A DNA stretch of 64,000 nucleotides from Poritiphilus flavus. GTDB taxonomy: Bacteria > Bacteroidota > Bacteroidia > Flavobacteriales > Flavobacteriaceae. Both the position numbers and the translations under genes were made by a program. The stretch covers positions 92,769-156,768 of the forward strand of contig NZ_WXYO01000002.1 of NCBI RefSeq assembly GCF_009901585.1. Reading direction: 5' to 3'. Positions 49,690 through 59,031 of this stretch are shown here, piece after piece; positions within the stretch are counted from its first letter, which is position 1; each line of letters starts with the position of its first letter. The notes beneath the pieces were generated by a model that searched no databases, was not told where the DNA came from, and saw only the letters and a list, made by a program, of their open reading frames with translations.

Positions 49690-52600
49690 TTAGAAAGAAG
49701 CTCTTATGGTTAATCCGTACCTTCTTGTGGAAGGACCTGTTATAAAGTCAATACCCTGTCCGTTACCTACACCGGTACTTGAAGCATTGGTGTCATAGCG
49801 AAGATTTTTCTCAAAATTGATCGCCTTATACCATAGGTTGAATCCGGATAGTGTGAAAGACAGGCTTCCAAAGGGTGTGTTTTCCAGCATCTGCCTGGAT
49901 AAGGAGTATCCTAAGGAAGCTTCCTGTACCCTTATAGTGGTACCATCAAAAACACTTAGTTCATTGATATCTCCTCCGAAGAAGGTATTAAACCCGAACT
50001 CGGTAGAGCTAATTGCTATATTATTAGGTGTTCCATCCTGAAGAACCCCCGGAAGAACGTATTGCGCTTCCCGGTCTATTGGGTCGTCAGCGTCTACGGT
50101 TCCTCTACCGATCAGTGCCGCGGATGTAACTGAATAGATATCTCCGCCGTGTCGGTACTGAATATTTGCTGACAAGCTGAAACCTTTATAGGTAAATGTC
50201 GGGATTATGGCAGTGGTCCAGTCCGGGTTAGGATCACCTATCTCGGAAATGTTGTTATCCACCAGGTAAAGGCCGTTATTCCCAACTATTCTGTTGCCAT
50301 TTGCGTCCTTGAGGAAAGTAGTACCCAGGAAAACACCGAAAGGCCTGCCTTCAACGGCGTAGTTGGCTGCTTCTCCGGCGATGGCATCGGTCAATAAAAT
50401 ATTGTTGGTTCCTTCTGCCAGATCGGTTACTGTAGTTTCAATGGTGGTAAAGTTACCCGCGAGGTTAAAACCAAATTTATCCTCTCCACCTCTTAGTACA
50501 ACAAGATCGTAATCAACCTCTACTCCCTGAGATTTGATCTCTCCAATATTTACAAAAGTACTCAGGAAACCTGTTGAGCTGTCCAACGTCCGGTCTGTGA
50601 TAAGGTCAGTAGTAGTCTTGTCAAACAAACTGACATTCAGGTTCAGACGGTTGAACAACCTGGTATCGATCCCTATTTCCAGTTCTTCAACCCGCTCGGG
50701 CTTCAGATCCTGGTTTCCGAGGGCATCGTTAACCGTATTCCCGGAAATTACCGTTCCGTTTAGGTCTACCAGTGTTCTCGCACCAAGGGTAAGAACATCC
50801 CGGGTGTTAAATGGAGTTGGGAACCCTGCAGAAGATCCGTAACCGAATCGCAGTTTCATATAATTGAGCACATCACCCTGCATGTTTTCAAAAGCGGAAG
50901 TAGGGACAAACGAAACACTCGCTCCCGGATAGAATAGAGAGTTGTTTTCCCTTTCCAATGTAGAAGACCAGTCATTCCTTCCTACAACATTCAGGTAAAG
51001 GAAATCTTTATAACCAAGTGTTGCGTCCAGGTAGACACCTACCAGATTTTCTTCGAAATCCTGATTCATAGCGGTTCCGGAAAATGAATTTGTGGACGAA
51101 GGTGTTGTAAAGTTGAAATGCTCCAACACACCAAATACCAATTGTCCCTGACTTTCCAAACCGTCTTGCTGGAAGATATCCCGCCTACTGTTAAGACCCA
51201 GAGTGACGTTTAAATTGAGGTCTTCATTGATGTCCTTATTAGCGGTGAGGATCACATCGTGGTTCCAGATAGTGTTCCGAACGGCGGAAGTTCTCAATAT
51301 CCCGAGTACAGGACCATCAACCCCACCGCGATTCTGTCCGTAGGAGTTCAATTCTGTATAGGTGTCAAGACCCAATCTATAGGTCAGTCCCAGCCAATCG
51401 TTCATCTGATAGGTTGCGGACATATTCCCCAGGAATCGATCCGTATCCTGGGTAGTCTTGGAATTGGCCACGGTCCAGTAAGGATTCTGAATATCGTTTC
51501 CGGAACGATAGTATACACTTCTACCGTCGGCAGCCTGGAATGGAAGGTTGGTAAGATCAACACTTCTCGGGGTATACAAAAGATCCCCGAAGATGGCTCC
51601 ACCGAGGAAGGCGGCTCCACTTCCCGTACTCACGGCGTTTGGGGGAGATTTATATCCGGTTCGTATAAAATTAAATACTCCTGAAACGGTAAAGTTGTTC
51701 GACAGCTGAGCGCTTCCTCCCAAACTAAAGTTGTTTCGGAGTACTTCATTACCCGGGGTTACCCCAATGTCGTTGGTACGTCCGTAATTCGCATTAAAAT
51801 TTATCTTTTCAGAACCTCCTCTGACATTCAGCGAGGTACTGCTTACAAATCCTGTTCTGAAAAACTCCTCAACCCCATTGTATGGTTGATAGGGGTAGGG
51901 GTCGTCCAGCAGGTCTTCAAAACCCGCGATCAGGGTTGGGTCTGCAATAAAGTTATGAGGGTGTCTCAACAGCGCTACACCACCGGGACCATCAGAGAGG
52001 AATTGTGCTGCATTTGCGATACCATCGTCATCAGTTCTGTCGAAACGAGGCCCCCAGTTACTGAAGAAATACCCAAAGCCCTGGTGAAAACCACCTCCGT
52101 AATTATTTTGATACCGCGGAACAATTGCTTTGGAAGCAAAGATGGATTGTGTTACCGAGATCTCATTCTTTGAAGCGGTTTCTCCGGAAACCGAATTTTT
52201 TGTGGTAATGAGGATTACCCCGTTTCTTCCTCGGTTACCGTATAGCACCGTCGCACTTAACCCCTTAAGTACACTGACACTCTCTATGGTGTTCGGGTCA
52301 ATATCGAGAAACCTGCTCGATTCCGTGTTCCCGTCCAGAAAGTCCGTTTGTGTATTAGTGCCGGAGTCGAATGGAACCCCGTCTACAATAAATAAGGGTT
52401 GGTTAGACTGTGTGGCCGAGGAATAACCCCTGATGATGATGTTGGTACCTGAACCTGAAAGTCCGTTGTTAGAGGTTATGTTTACCCCTGCAACCTTTCC
52501 ATTAAGGACCCTGGCGATATCAGCTTCTGGCCTGGACTCTACCAGTTCAGATTCCACGGTGGTTACTGCGTAACCCAGCGACCTTTTTTCCCGAACGATA

Positions 52601-52929
52601 CCCTGGGCCGTCACTACGACCTCTTCGAGCGCCTGGGTGTCTTCCTCCATTTGGACGTTCATGGTGTTGGAACTGCCTACGAGCAATTCCACGGTTTGTT
52701 GTCCTAGATAAGAAAAGACCAGTGTCTGGCCCTCGCTCACCTGGATGAGGTAGTTACCGTCAAAATCAGATTGTACACCGGTAGTTGTTCCTTTAATAAC
52801 AATGTTTACTCCTGGTAAGGGAACGCCAAAGCTGTCTGTAATGGTTCCCGAGACCGTTTTTTCTTGTGCATATGCCCAGGAGGTCCCCAATAGGAATAGC
52901 ATAAGCAACCGAATCCATGTTTTTCTCAT
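49690..52929 (-). CDS. SusC/RagA-family TonB-linked outer-membrane transporter
   Basis: N-terminal carboxypeptidase-regulatory-like domain 'GTITDSFGVPLPGVNIVIKGTTTG', Plug, 22-strand barrel. Terminal 'IRASF'. Confidence 0.9.
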   Translation of the reverse strand: MRKTWIRLLMLFLLGTSWAYAQEKTVSGTITDSFGVPLPGVNIVIKGTTTGVQSDFDGNYLIQVSEGQTLVFSYLGQQTVELLVGSSNTMNVQMEEDTQALEEVVVTAQGIVREKRSLGYAVTTVESELVESRPEADIARVLNGKVAGVNITSNNGLSGSGTNIIIRGYSSATQSNQPLFIVDGVPFDSGTNTQTDFLDGNTESSRFLDIDPNTIESVSVLKGLSATVLYGNRGRNGVILITTKNSVSGETASKNEISVTQSIFASKAIVPRYQNNYGGGFHQGFGYFFSNWGPRFDRTDDDGIANAAQFLSDGPGGVALLRHPHNFIADPTLIAGFEDLLDDPYPYQPYNGVEEFFRTGFVSSTSLNVRGGSEKINFNANYGRTNDIGVTPGNEVLRNNFSLGGSAQLSNNFTVSGVFNFIRTGYKSPPNAVSTGSGAAFLGGAIFGDLLYTPRSVDLTNLPFQAADGRSVYYRSGNDIQNPYWTVANSKTTQDTDRFLGNMSATYQMNDWLGLTYRLGLDTYTELNSYGQNRGGVDGPVLGILRTSAVRNTIWNHDVILTANKDINEDLNLNVTLGLNSRRDIFQQDGLESQGQLVFGVLEHFNFTTPSSTNSFSGTAMNQDFEENLVGVYLDATLGYKDFLYLNVVGRNDWSSTLERENNSLFYPGASVSFVPTSAFENMQGDVLNYMKLRFGYGSSAGFPTPFNTRDVLTLGARTLVDLNGTVISGNTVNDALGNQDLKPERVEELEIGIDTRLFNRLNLNVSLFDKTTTDLITDRTLDSSTGFLSTFVNIGEIKSQGVEVDYDLVVLRGGEDKFGFNLAGNFTTIETTVTDLAEGTNNILLTDAIAGEAANYAVEGRPFGVFLGTTFLKDANGNRIVGNNGLYLVDNNISEIGDPNPDWTTAIIPTFTYKGFSLSANIQYRHGGDIYSVTSAALIGRGTVDADDPIDREAQYVLPGVLQDGTPNNIAISSTEFGFNTFFGGDINELSVFDGTTIRVQEASLGYSLSRQMLENTPFGSLSFTLSGFNLWYKAINFEKNLRYDTNASSTGVGNGQGIDFITGPSTRRYGLTIRASF

Positions 52930-52934
52930 GTTTT

Positions 52935-53150
52935 ATAATGTTTAAGTTAGCGTGCAAAAATGCGGCTCAGGGTGTTGGCTGATTAATTCAAAAACCGCTA
53001 TGGCTAAAGAATTCGATTGTGAGGTAAGTGTTTAGGAGCTGCATTATTGACATTAGCTAGTTTTCATGCCTAATGTAAGTTGGTGTATGAGTAAATGGGG
53101 AAATACTGATAAACGTTTACTTATCCGATGAATGCTTACGGATGTTTTAC
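52935..53150 (-). promoter_or_regulatory. Conserved ~215-bp control module abutting the SusC-1 start codon (copy 1a)
   Basis: Blocks A-D are shared with copies at 53320-53528 and 58803-59026. Block D ataaacgtttacttatccgatgaatgcttacggatgttttac. Confidence 0.6.
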
Positions 53151-53319
53151 CTTTTCTAACATTTTGTAGCCCTTCTGTGATATTGTTATTGGCGAAAAGC
53201 GGGTTTTTTGGTTGTTTTTCGCCGGTTTTACCGATTTAACAGGAAAAGTGCCATAGATTGTACCTAATCTGGCTTTAAATGGAAATAGATAATTCTGATA
53301 CTGAAGTCCTGCTGATGAA

Positions 53320-53528
53320 GAGGAAATGTAAATTGCAGCCCTGAATAATTTTGATAGCTAATTCAAATAATTACAGTCTAAAAAATGAGACAGAAGTTTT
53401 TTTAGAAGTAAGTGATCAGGGCTGCTTTACATTTAACAGGTTGTTTATTCAAAGAAAGGATGTCTGCTCCTAATTACAGGAAAGACTTATAAACGTTTAC
53501 TATTCCGATGAATGTTTACGCCTGTTTT
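53320..53528 (-). promoter_or_regulatory. Second, orphan-looking copy of the control module (copy 1b)
   Basis: …ctaattcaaataa…aaaaatgagac…cttataaacgtttactattccgatgaatgtttacgcctgttttac. Confidence 0.55.
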
Positions 53529-53551
53529 ACTGAGAATAACGCCAGATTTCA

Positions 53552-54262
53552 TTATAAGTTATAATAATAACTTAAAATAGTGACCATATCATTTTTCTCA
53601 TTCAACTTTAGACCTTCCTTTTTTATCTTTTTATCAATGGTTTTACCTTTATCGCCGAATGTCTTAATAAGTGTTTTCTTCTTTTTAGGCAATAAGACCA
53701 GTTTTTGTCCCTCAGAATCTTGCTCAATGAGGTAAAAGCTGTTTTTATTTTTTACGAATTTGGCAGGTATTGGCTGATCGTAACTGCTTTTCGCCGGTTT
53801 GGCCTCAACGTAACGTATATTTTCTTTCATATAGAGCATGAACTTATCATTGGAAAAGACCTTTTCGAGAAAGACTTTTTCCTGTTTGCCATTTTCAGTT
53901 TCTACAGGATGGATCTCGAAAATACGCTCGGAGCCGTCCCTTAGTTTTACACTATAAGCTTTAGACATGGTAAGTCCCAGAATATTTTCTCCCTGTTTGA
54001 CTTCAATAACGTTTTCCACGGCATTAAAGCGCACCATCTTAGTTTCCTTGATATTGTTGATTTGGGCGGGCAGAAAATCTTCATACAAATATGGACTTCC
54101 TTCAGTTTCATCGTATTTGATGGTATTGGTACCAACAAAGAATAACAGTTCATTAAAGGAGTCATTACGCGGCCGGTTTATTTGAGCATTAAGACAGGGG
54201 GCCAGAGCAAGAGCAAAAACAACAGTTATCAGTACGGAATTTTTCATAGTTCTTTTAAGCAA
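53552..54262 (-). CDS. Hypothetical secreted protein
   Basis: Signal peptide. K-rich. No recognised domain. Confidence 0.4.
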   Translation of the reverse strand: MLKRTMKNSVLITVVFALALAPCLNAQINRPRNDSFNELLFFVGTNTIKYDETEGSPYLYEDFLPAQINNIKETKMVRFNAVENVIEVKQGENILGLTMSKAYSVKLRDGSERIFEIHPVETENGKQEKVFLEKVFSNDKFMLYMKENIRYVEAKPAKSSYDQPIPAKFVKNKNSFYLIEQDSEGQKLVLLPKKKKTLIKTFGDKGKTIDKKIKKEGLKLNEKNDMVTILSYYYNL

Positions 54263-54297
54263 AAAACCACCAGGTTCAGGGAAACTCTGGTGGTTTT
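54261..54297 (-). terminator. Intrinsic terminator between the SusD-2 gene and the downstream gene
   Basis: Minus strand: aaccaccag-agtttccctgaac-ctggtggtt followed by TTTTTTGC. Confidence 0.6.
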
Positions 54298-54327
54298 ATT
54301 ATTTATTTAATGGTCTGAAAAAGTATT

Positions 54328-55761
54328 CTAGAAGTTCCCTGGGTTCTGAGTAATGTTAGGATTGTTGGTAAATTCATCTTCAACAATCGGGAAGATTACC
54401 TTGTCAGCTCCAGGGGCAGATTCCGGTCCACCGCCTGGTCTCAGGTTTTGGTTATTTCTGAGCAGGTCCATTCTTCGATGTCCTTCAAAGCAGAATTCCT
54501 TTCTTCTTTCCAATAGGATAGCATCCAAATCAACGGCACCCAATGCTGGAAGTCCGGCTCTTGCACGAATGGCATTTACATCGTTTAGCGGGGTGTCACC
54601 TATAGAAGTACCTCCTCTTAAATTAGCCTCCGCTCTGGTCAGATACATTTCCGCCATACGCAGTATCATACCGTCTGAGGCGTTATTAACAACATCTGGA
54701 TACTTGGTGGTAAAAAAGGTGTTGTTACCCCCCGCGTCCGTTGCCGCCTGTGAAAGCTCATCAAATCTTCTGTCACCAGGTTCAGCCGCGAAAGTATCGA
54801 TAAGGTCCTGGCTAAAGGGTGCATCACCTCTTCCACCTGGTGCCGGGTTATAGAAATTTACATAGACTTCATCACTGATCGTTGGCTCCTGAGGTCCGTC
54901 CGTCGGAGTGTTTAAAGCAACAAATAAGTTCTCCGGAGAACTGGGATTGCTGTCGTAAAAATCGTAATTAGGAGTAAGGGAGAAAACTCCCGATGAAATC
55001 ACCTGATCTGCGAGATCCGCTGCCTGGCTCCACTGTTCGCGATATAGATATAATCTGGACAAAAGTGCTCTTGCCGCCCCTGCGGTAGCACGACCATCAG
55101 TTCCGAAGGGCGCTATATTAGTGGGGTTTTCAGGCAAACTTGCAATAGCGTCCAAAAGATCCTGCTCTATCAAGCCGTGTACTTCATTTACTGTAGAGCG
55201 TTCCAATTGGAAATCAGACAGCTCACTTTCTGCAAGGAAAGGCTGTAGTTGAAGGGGCACTCCTAAGTTGGAACCCTGAGCGAACTGGTACGGCTGTGCG
55301 AACAGATTTACCAATTGAAAATAGGTCAATGCCCGGAGGAATTTAGCTTCTCCTATAAACTTCGCTTTTTCGGTAGCCGAAAGATCCGGAAGATCTACAT
55401 CCGGAAGGTTTTGAACAATATTGTTTGCTGCTCCAATAAGCTCGTATCCATCCAGCCAGATGTTATCGATAGAGGTATTGGTAGCCAAAGTCTCATATTG
55501 ATCTACTTCCTGAAGTGAAGGGAAACTCCCTACGAAATTTACATTGTCCGACATGAAATCAGACATCAGTTGGGCCATCCCGTTAAGGTCACCACTCTGA
55601 TTTTTACTATAGATACCTACCACAGCTCCATTGATAGAACCTCTGGTATTGAACACCGTAGCAGCTTCAACACTGTCTTCCGGAACAACATCCAGTCGGT
55701 CTTCACATGAAAAAGTGATGAGTAGTCCGAATAATATTGCGATTAATTTTATTGTCTTCAT
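54328..55761 (-). CDS. SusD/RagB-family lipoprotein
   Basis: Lipobox 'ITFSCED'. SusD-like fold motifs. Confidence 0.85.
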   Translation of the reverse strand: MKTIKLIAILFGLLITFSCEDRLDVVPEDSVEAATVFNTRGSINGAVVGIYSKNQSGDLNGMAQLMSDFMSDNVNFVGSFPSLQEVDQYETLATNTSIDNIWLDGYELIGAANNIVQNLPDVDLPDLSATEKAKFIGEAKFLRALTYFQLVNLFAQPYQFAQGSNLGVPLQLQPFLAESELSDFQLERSTVNEVHGLIEQDLLDAIASLPENPTNIAPFGTDGRATAGAARALLSRLYLYREQWSQAADLADQVISSGVFSLTPNYDFYDSNPSSPENLFVALNTPTDGPQEPTISDEVYVNFYNPAPGGRGDAPFSQDLIDTFAAEPGDRRFDELSQAATDAGGNNTFFTTKYPDVVNNASDGMILRMAEMYLTRAEANLRGGTSIGDTPLNDVNAIRARAGLPALGAVDLDAILLERRKEFCFEGHRRMDLLRNNQNLRPGGGPESAPGADKVIFPIVEDEFTNNPNITQNPGNF

Positions 55762-55779
55762 TGCTTAATTTTTTTTGAA

Positions 55780-58700
55780 TTAAAACTGTATTCTGGCTCC
55801 TAATGAATAGGTTTTTGCCTGAGGTGCGGTGAAGAAAGACTCACCCTGGAATAGTGGATCGATATCATCCGTTACTTCCGGGTCAATTCCTTCCATTTCA
55901 CTTCGCTTAATAGTAAAGAGGTTGGTGGCAGTTCCGTAGAAACGGACACCTGAAAATATACCTCCTAGTCGATCAAGCACCTTCTGTGGCAAACTGTAGC
56001 CTAAAGTTACGTTTTTAAGTCGCAGATAAGAAGCATCCAATTGTTGTTGTGTAGAACGCTGGTTAAACAGATTAAAGGTAGAACTTGTCGGACTGGGTAG
56101 GAAAGCATTGTCTCCAGGTTGTCTCCAGTAGTTCAGGTTCTGCCTTCTGATATTTACAATACCCCCGATAGCGTCATTACCGTCCGCAAATCGCAAACCA
56201 TCGATAACCACATCGTTTCCGTAAGAGTAGTTCATCAGCACAGAAAGGTCAAAATCCCCCCATCGGATGGTATTCGTGATACCACCGGAAAAATCAGGTA
56301 GCGGGCTTCCTGTTACCACCCTGTCCGCAGACCCCGGATTGGTTGTAATATTACCGTTTACATCCAGCCATTCTGCATCTCCCGTTTGCGGGTTAACGCC
56401 TACATATCGGATCAGGAAGAAGTTATTCAACGATTCTCCTTCGATTGCCCTCTGTATAGGACCATCAATAATCCTTCTGCCTTGCGCATCTGTAGCAGCA
56501 TCTTCATTGAGTTTAAGAACCTCATTATCTATGGTAGTAAGGTTGAAATTTAAACGCCAGTTGAAGTTTTCTGTCTGCGCGATCACACCGCTAAGGTCAA
56601 ACTCCCATCCTGAGTTTTCCATCTCACCGATATTCCGACTAATGGTTGCAAATCCGGTTTGTGGAGGAAGCACCTGGTTAAGTAGCAGGTCGCTGGTCGT
56701 TTTCTTAAAGTAAGAAACATTGAAATTCAGTCTTCCACTAAACATGGTAGACTTGAATCCGATATCCAAAGTCTCACTTTCCTCCCATTTCAGGTCCGGA
56801 TTGGCAGGTTGCCCTGGAATAATCCCGGACTGACCGGTGTAATCCGCAATCGCTCCAGCACTGTAAAGTGCCAAAGATGGGAAGGTCCCTAAACGGTCAT
56901 TACCTACAGTACCGATACTTGCTCTCAAAGACAAATAATCAAAGAAGTTAAGGTCTTTGATGAATGTTTCCTCGGAAAGGATCCAACCTGCAGCTGCAGA
57001 CCAGAAATAACCGAATCTATTATTTGCCCCGAATCGAGAAGAACCGTCACGTCTTATAGATCCTTCTACTAGGTACTTTCCTTTATAGTCATAGGAGACC
57101 CTGCTAAAAAGACCAAAAAGCCTTGATGGGAAACGATCTCCGTTTAATACTGTTGGTGTAGAACCGGAACCAAGATTTCTAAGGTCGTCTGTAAGGAAAC
57201 CTGTAGAGAATACATTCAGACGGGTTCTCATGGTCTCTTCGTAGTTAAGACCTAATAATACGTTTAAATTATGATCATCTCCAAAGGTGTTCGTATAATT
57301 TAGCGTTTGGTTGGTCAACCATCGCTCTTCACGTACACTTACCTGCTGACCAAGTCCACCAGGACTGTTGAATTCCGCTTCTCTAGTAGTTTCTTCAGTG
57401 TCCAGACGGTCCATACCGAATTCCGAACGCCAGGTAAGGCCAGGTAGCGGAGTAACTTCTGTAAAGGCGTTTCCGATGACCCTGAATGTTTTTAACTCCC
57501 TGTCGTCTAATGCTACACGGGCGAAGATATTAGGGATAAAGGAACCGGATTGTACAAAGTTGCCCTCGTCGTCAAAAGCCCTTACTACCGGACTTTGCAG
57601 GAAAGCAGTTGTAAACGGCGCATCGATCTCATTCTCAATAAAAACCCTTGCCAGTCTGTTATTGGTAACCCCAAGGTTCATGCCGGCCTTTAACCAATCT
57701 GTCACATCTGTGTCAATATTAATCCGAGCGGCAGCTCGCTGCTGGTCGTTACCTATGATAAATCCTTCCCGGTCCGAATAGTCAAGTCCGAAGAAGAATG
57801 AGCTTTTTTCTCCACCTCCTCGTACTCCGAGATTGTAGTTCTGAGAAATTCCTGTACGCTGTACTCCTCCAAGCCAGTCAGTACCAGGATCTCCGATGGA
57901 TCCAAGTCCCAGGTCTTCCGGAGAAACCGGGGTTCCCTGTTGCAGCGTAGCTACTTCGGATTTGAATTGTCTGAATTCATCGGCCGTCAGTATTTCCGGT
58001 ACATCGGTAGATTCTGAAAACTGAGTGTTTACATCCAGGGTAACGGTAGTTTTGGAATTTCTTCTACCTTTTTTAGTGGTGATCAGAATAACCCCGTTTG
58101 CACCCCTTGACCCGTAAATAGAAGTTGCCCCTGCATCCTTAAGTACAGTAAGCGACTCTATATCATTAGGGTTTACATAAGAGAGGGGGTTGATATCTGT
58201 ATTACCACCCCTGTTTAATGTATTTCCTTCAGTATCTGTGATAGGAACCCCGTCGATCACGATAAGGGGCTGACTACCGGAGTTAATGGAGTTTACACCT
58301 CGCACCCTGATCACAGCCGCAGAACCGATAACCCCAGAGGCATTTACGATCTGGGTACCGGCGGATTGTCCCTGAAGCAGCTGATCCGCAGATACTACCT
58401 GCAGATTCTCTATGGCTTCTTCCTTAACAATACCTACGTTCTGGATGATCTTTCGTTCTTCCTGGTTACCATAACCGATGACTACTACTTCTTCCAGTGC
58501 CTGAGCGTCCTCCTCCATTTGTACATTTAAGGTGCTGGAAGCTCCCACAGTCCGTTCCGTGGTACGTTGACCTAAATAGGAAAAGACCAATACATCGCCC
58601 TCGCTCGCGCTAATGGCATAATTCCCGTCAAAATCCGATTGAGTCCCGGTTGTCGTACCCTTGATCACAATGTTGACCCCGGGTAGGGGAATGTTGTTTT

Positions 58701-58797
58701 GGTCTGTGACCAGACCTGTAATTGTTTTTTCTTGTGCAAAAGAAAGTGTCATCCCCATGAGGAATAACAAGCACAGCCAGTTACATTTTTTTTTCAT
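55780..58797 (-). CDS. SusC/RagA-family TonB-linked outer-membrane transporter
   Basis: Paralog of 49690..52929 ('GLVTDQNNIPLPGVNIVIKGTTTG'). Confidence 0.9.
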   Translation of the reverse strand: MKKKCNWLCLLFLMGMTLSFAQEKTITGLVTDQNNIPLPGVNIVIKGTTTGTQSDFDGNYAISASEGDVLVFSYLGQRTTERTVGASSTLNVQMEEDAQALEEVVVIGYGNQEERKIIQNVGIVKEEAIENLQVVSADQLLQGQSAGTQIVNASGVIGSAAVIRVRGVNSINSGSQPLIVIDGVPITDTEGNTLNRGGNTDINPLSYVNPNDIESLTVLKDAGATSIYGSRGANGVILITTKKGRRNSKTTVTLDVNTQFSESTDVPEILTADEFRQFKSEVATLQQGTPVSPEDLGLGSIGDPGTDWLGGVQRTGISQNYNLGVRGGGEKSSFFFGLDYSDREGFIIGNDQQRAAARINIDTDVTDWLKAGMNLGVTNNRLARVFIENEIDAPFTTAFLQSPVVRAFDDEGNFVQSGSFIPNIFARVALDDRELKTFRVIGNAFTEVTPLPGLTWRSEFGMDRLDTEETTREAEFNSPGGLGQQVSVREERWLTNQTLNYTNTFGDDHNLNVLLGLNYEETMRTRLNVFSTGFLTDDLRNLGSGSTPTVLNGDRFPSRLFGLFSRVSYDYKGKYLVEGSIRRDGSSRFGANNRFGYFWSAAAGWILSEETFIKDLNFFDYLSLRASIGTVGNDRLGTFPSLALYSAGAIADYTGQSGIIPGQPANPDLKWEESETLDIGFKSTMFSGRLNFNVSYFKKTTSDLLLNQVLPPQTGFATISRNIGEMENSGWEFDLSGVIAQTENFNWRLNFNLTTIDNEVLKLNEDAATDAQGRRIIDGPIQRAIEGESLNNFFLIRYVGVNPQTGDAEWLDVNGNITTNPGSADRVVTGSPLPDFSGGITNTIRWGDFDLSVLMNYSYGNDVVIDGLRFADGNDAIGGIVNIRRQNLNYWRQPGDNAFLPSPTSSTFNLFNQRSTQQQLDASYLRLKNVTLGYSLPQKVLDRLGGIFSGVRFYGTATNLFTIKRSEMEGIDPEVTDDIDPLFQGESFFTAPQAKTYSLGARIQF

Positions 58798-58802
58798 ACG
58801 AA

Positions 58803-59026
58803 TTAAAGTTTGAGTTATAATGTAAGTGGCAGCCCTGAAAGGTATTGATGACTAATTCAAATAAATACCCAAAAAAATGAGACCAAAGTAGTGTCTTTAA
58901 GGATACTTTTTCAGAGCTGCATTATTTACATTAGCTAGTTATGGCGTCAAAGTAACGGGCTGTACCAGAAATTGGAGGAAAGTCTTATAAACGTTTACTT
59001 AGCCGATGAAAGTTTACGCTTCTTTT
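58803..59026 (-). promoter_or_regulatory. Third copy of the control module (copy 2), abutting the SusC-2 start
   Basis: Blocks A-D are colinear with copies 1a and 1b. Confidence 0.6.
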
Positions 59027-59031
59027 ACGTT

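Noticed and set aside
49070-52426. Multiple 60–140-aa ORFs on both strands inside the SusC/SusD genes (for example 49070..49363, 50534..50842, 51259..51684)
   Set aside because: They are embedded in long, well-supported SusC/SusD reading frames. Their low-complexity R/P/S-rich translations are typical of out-of-frame artefacts.
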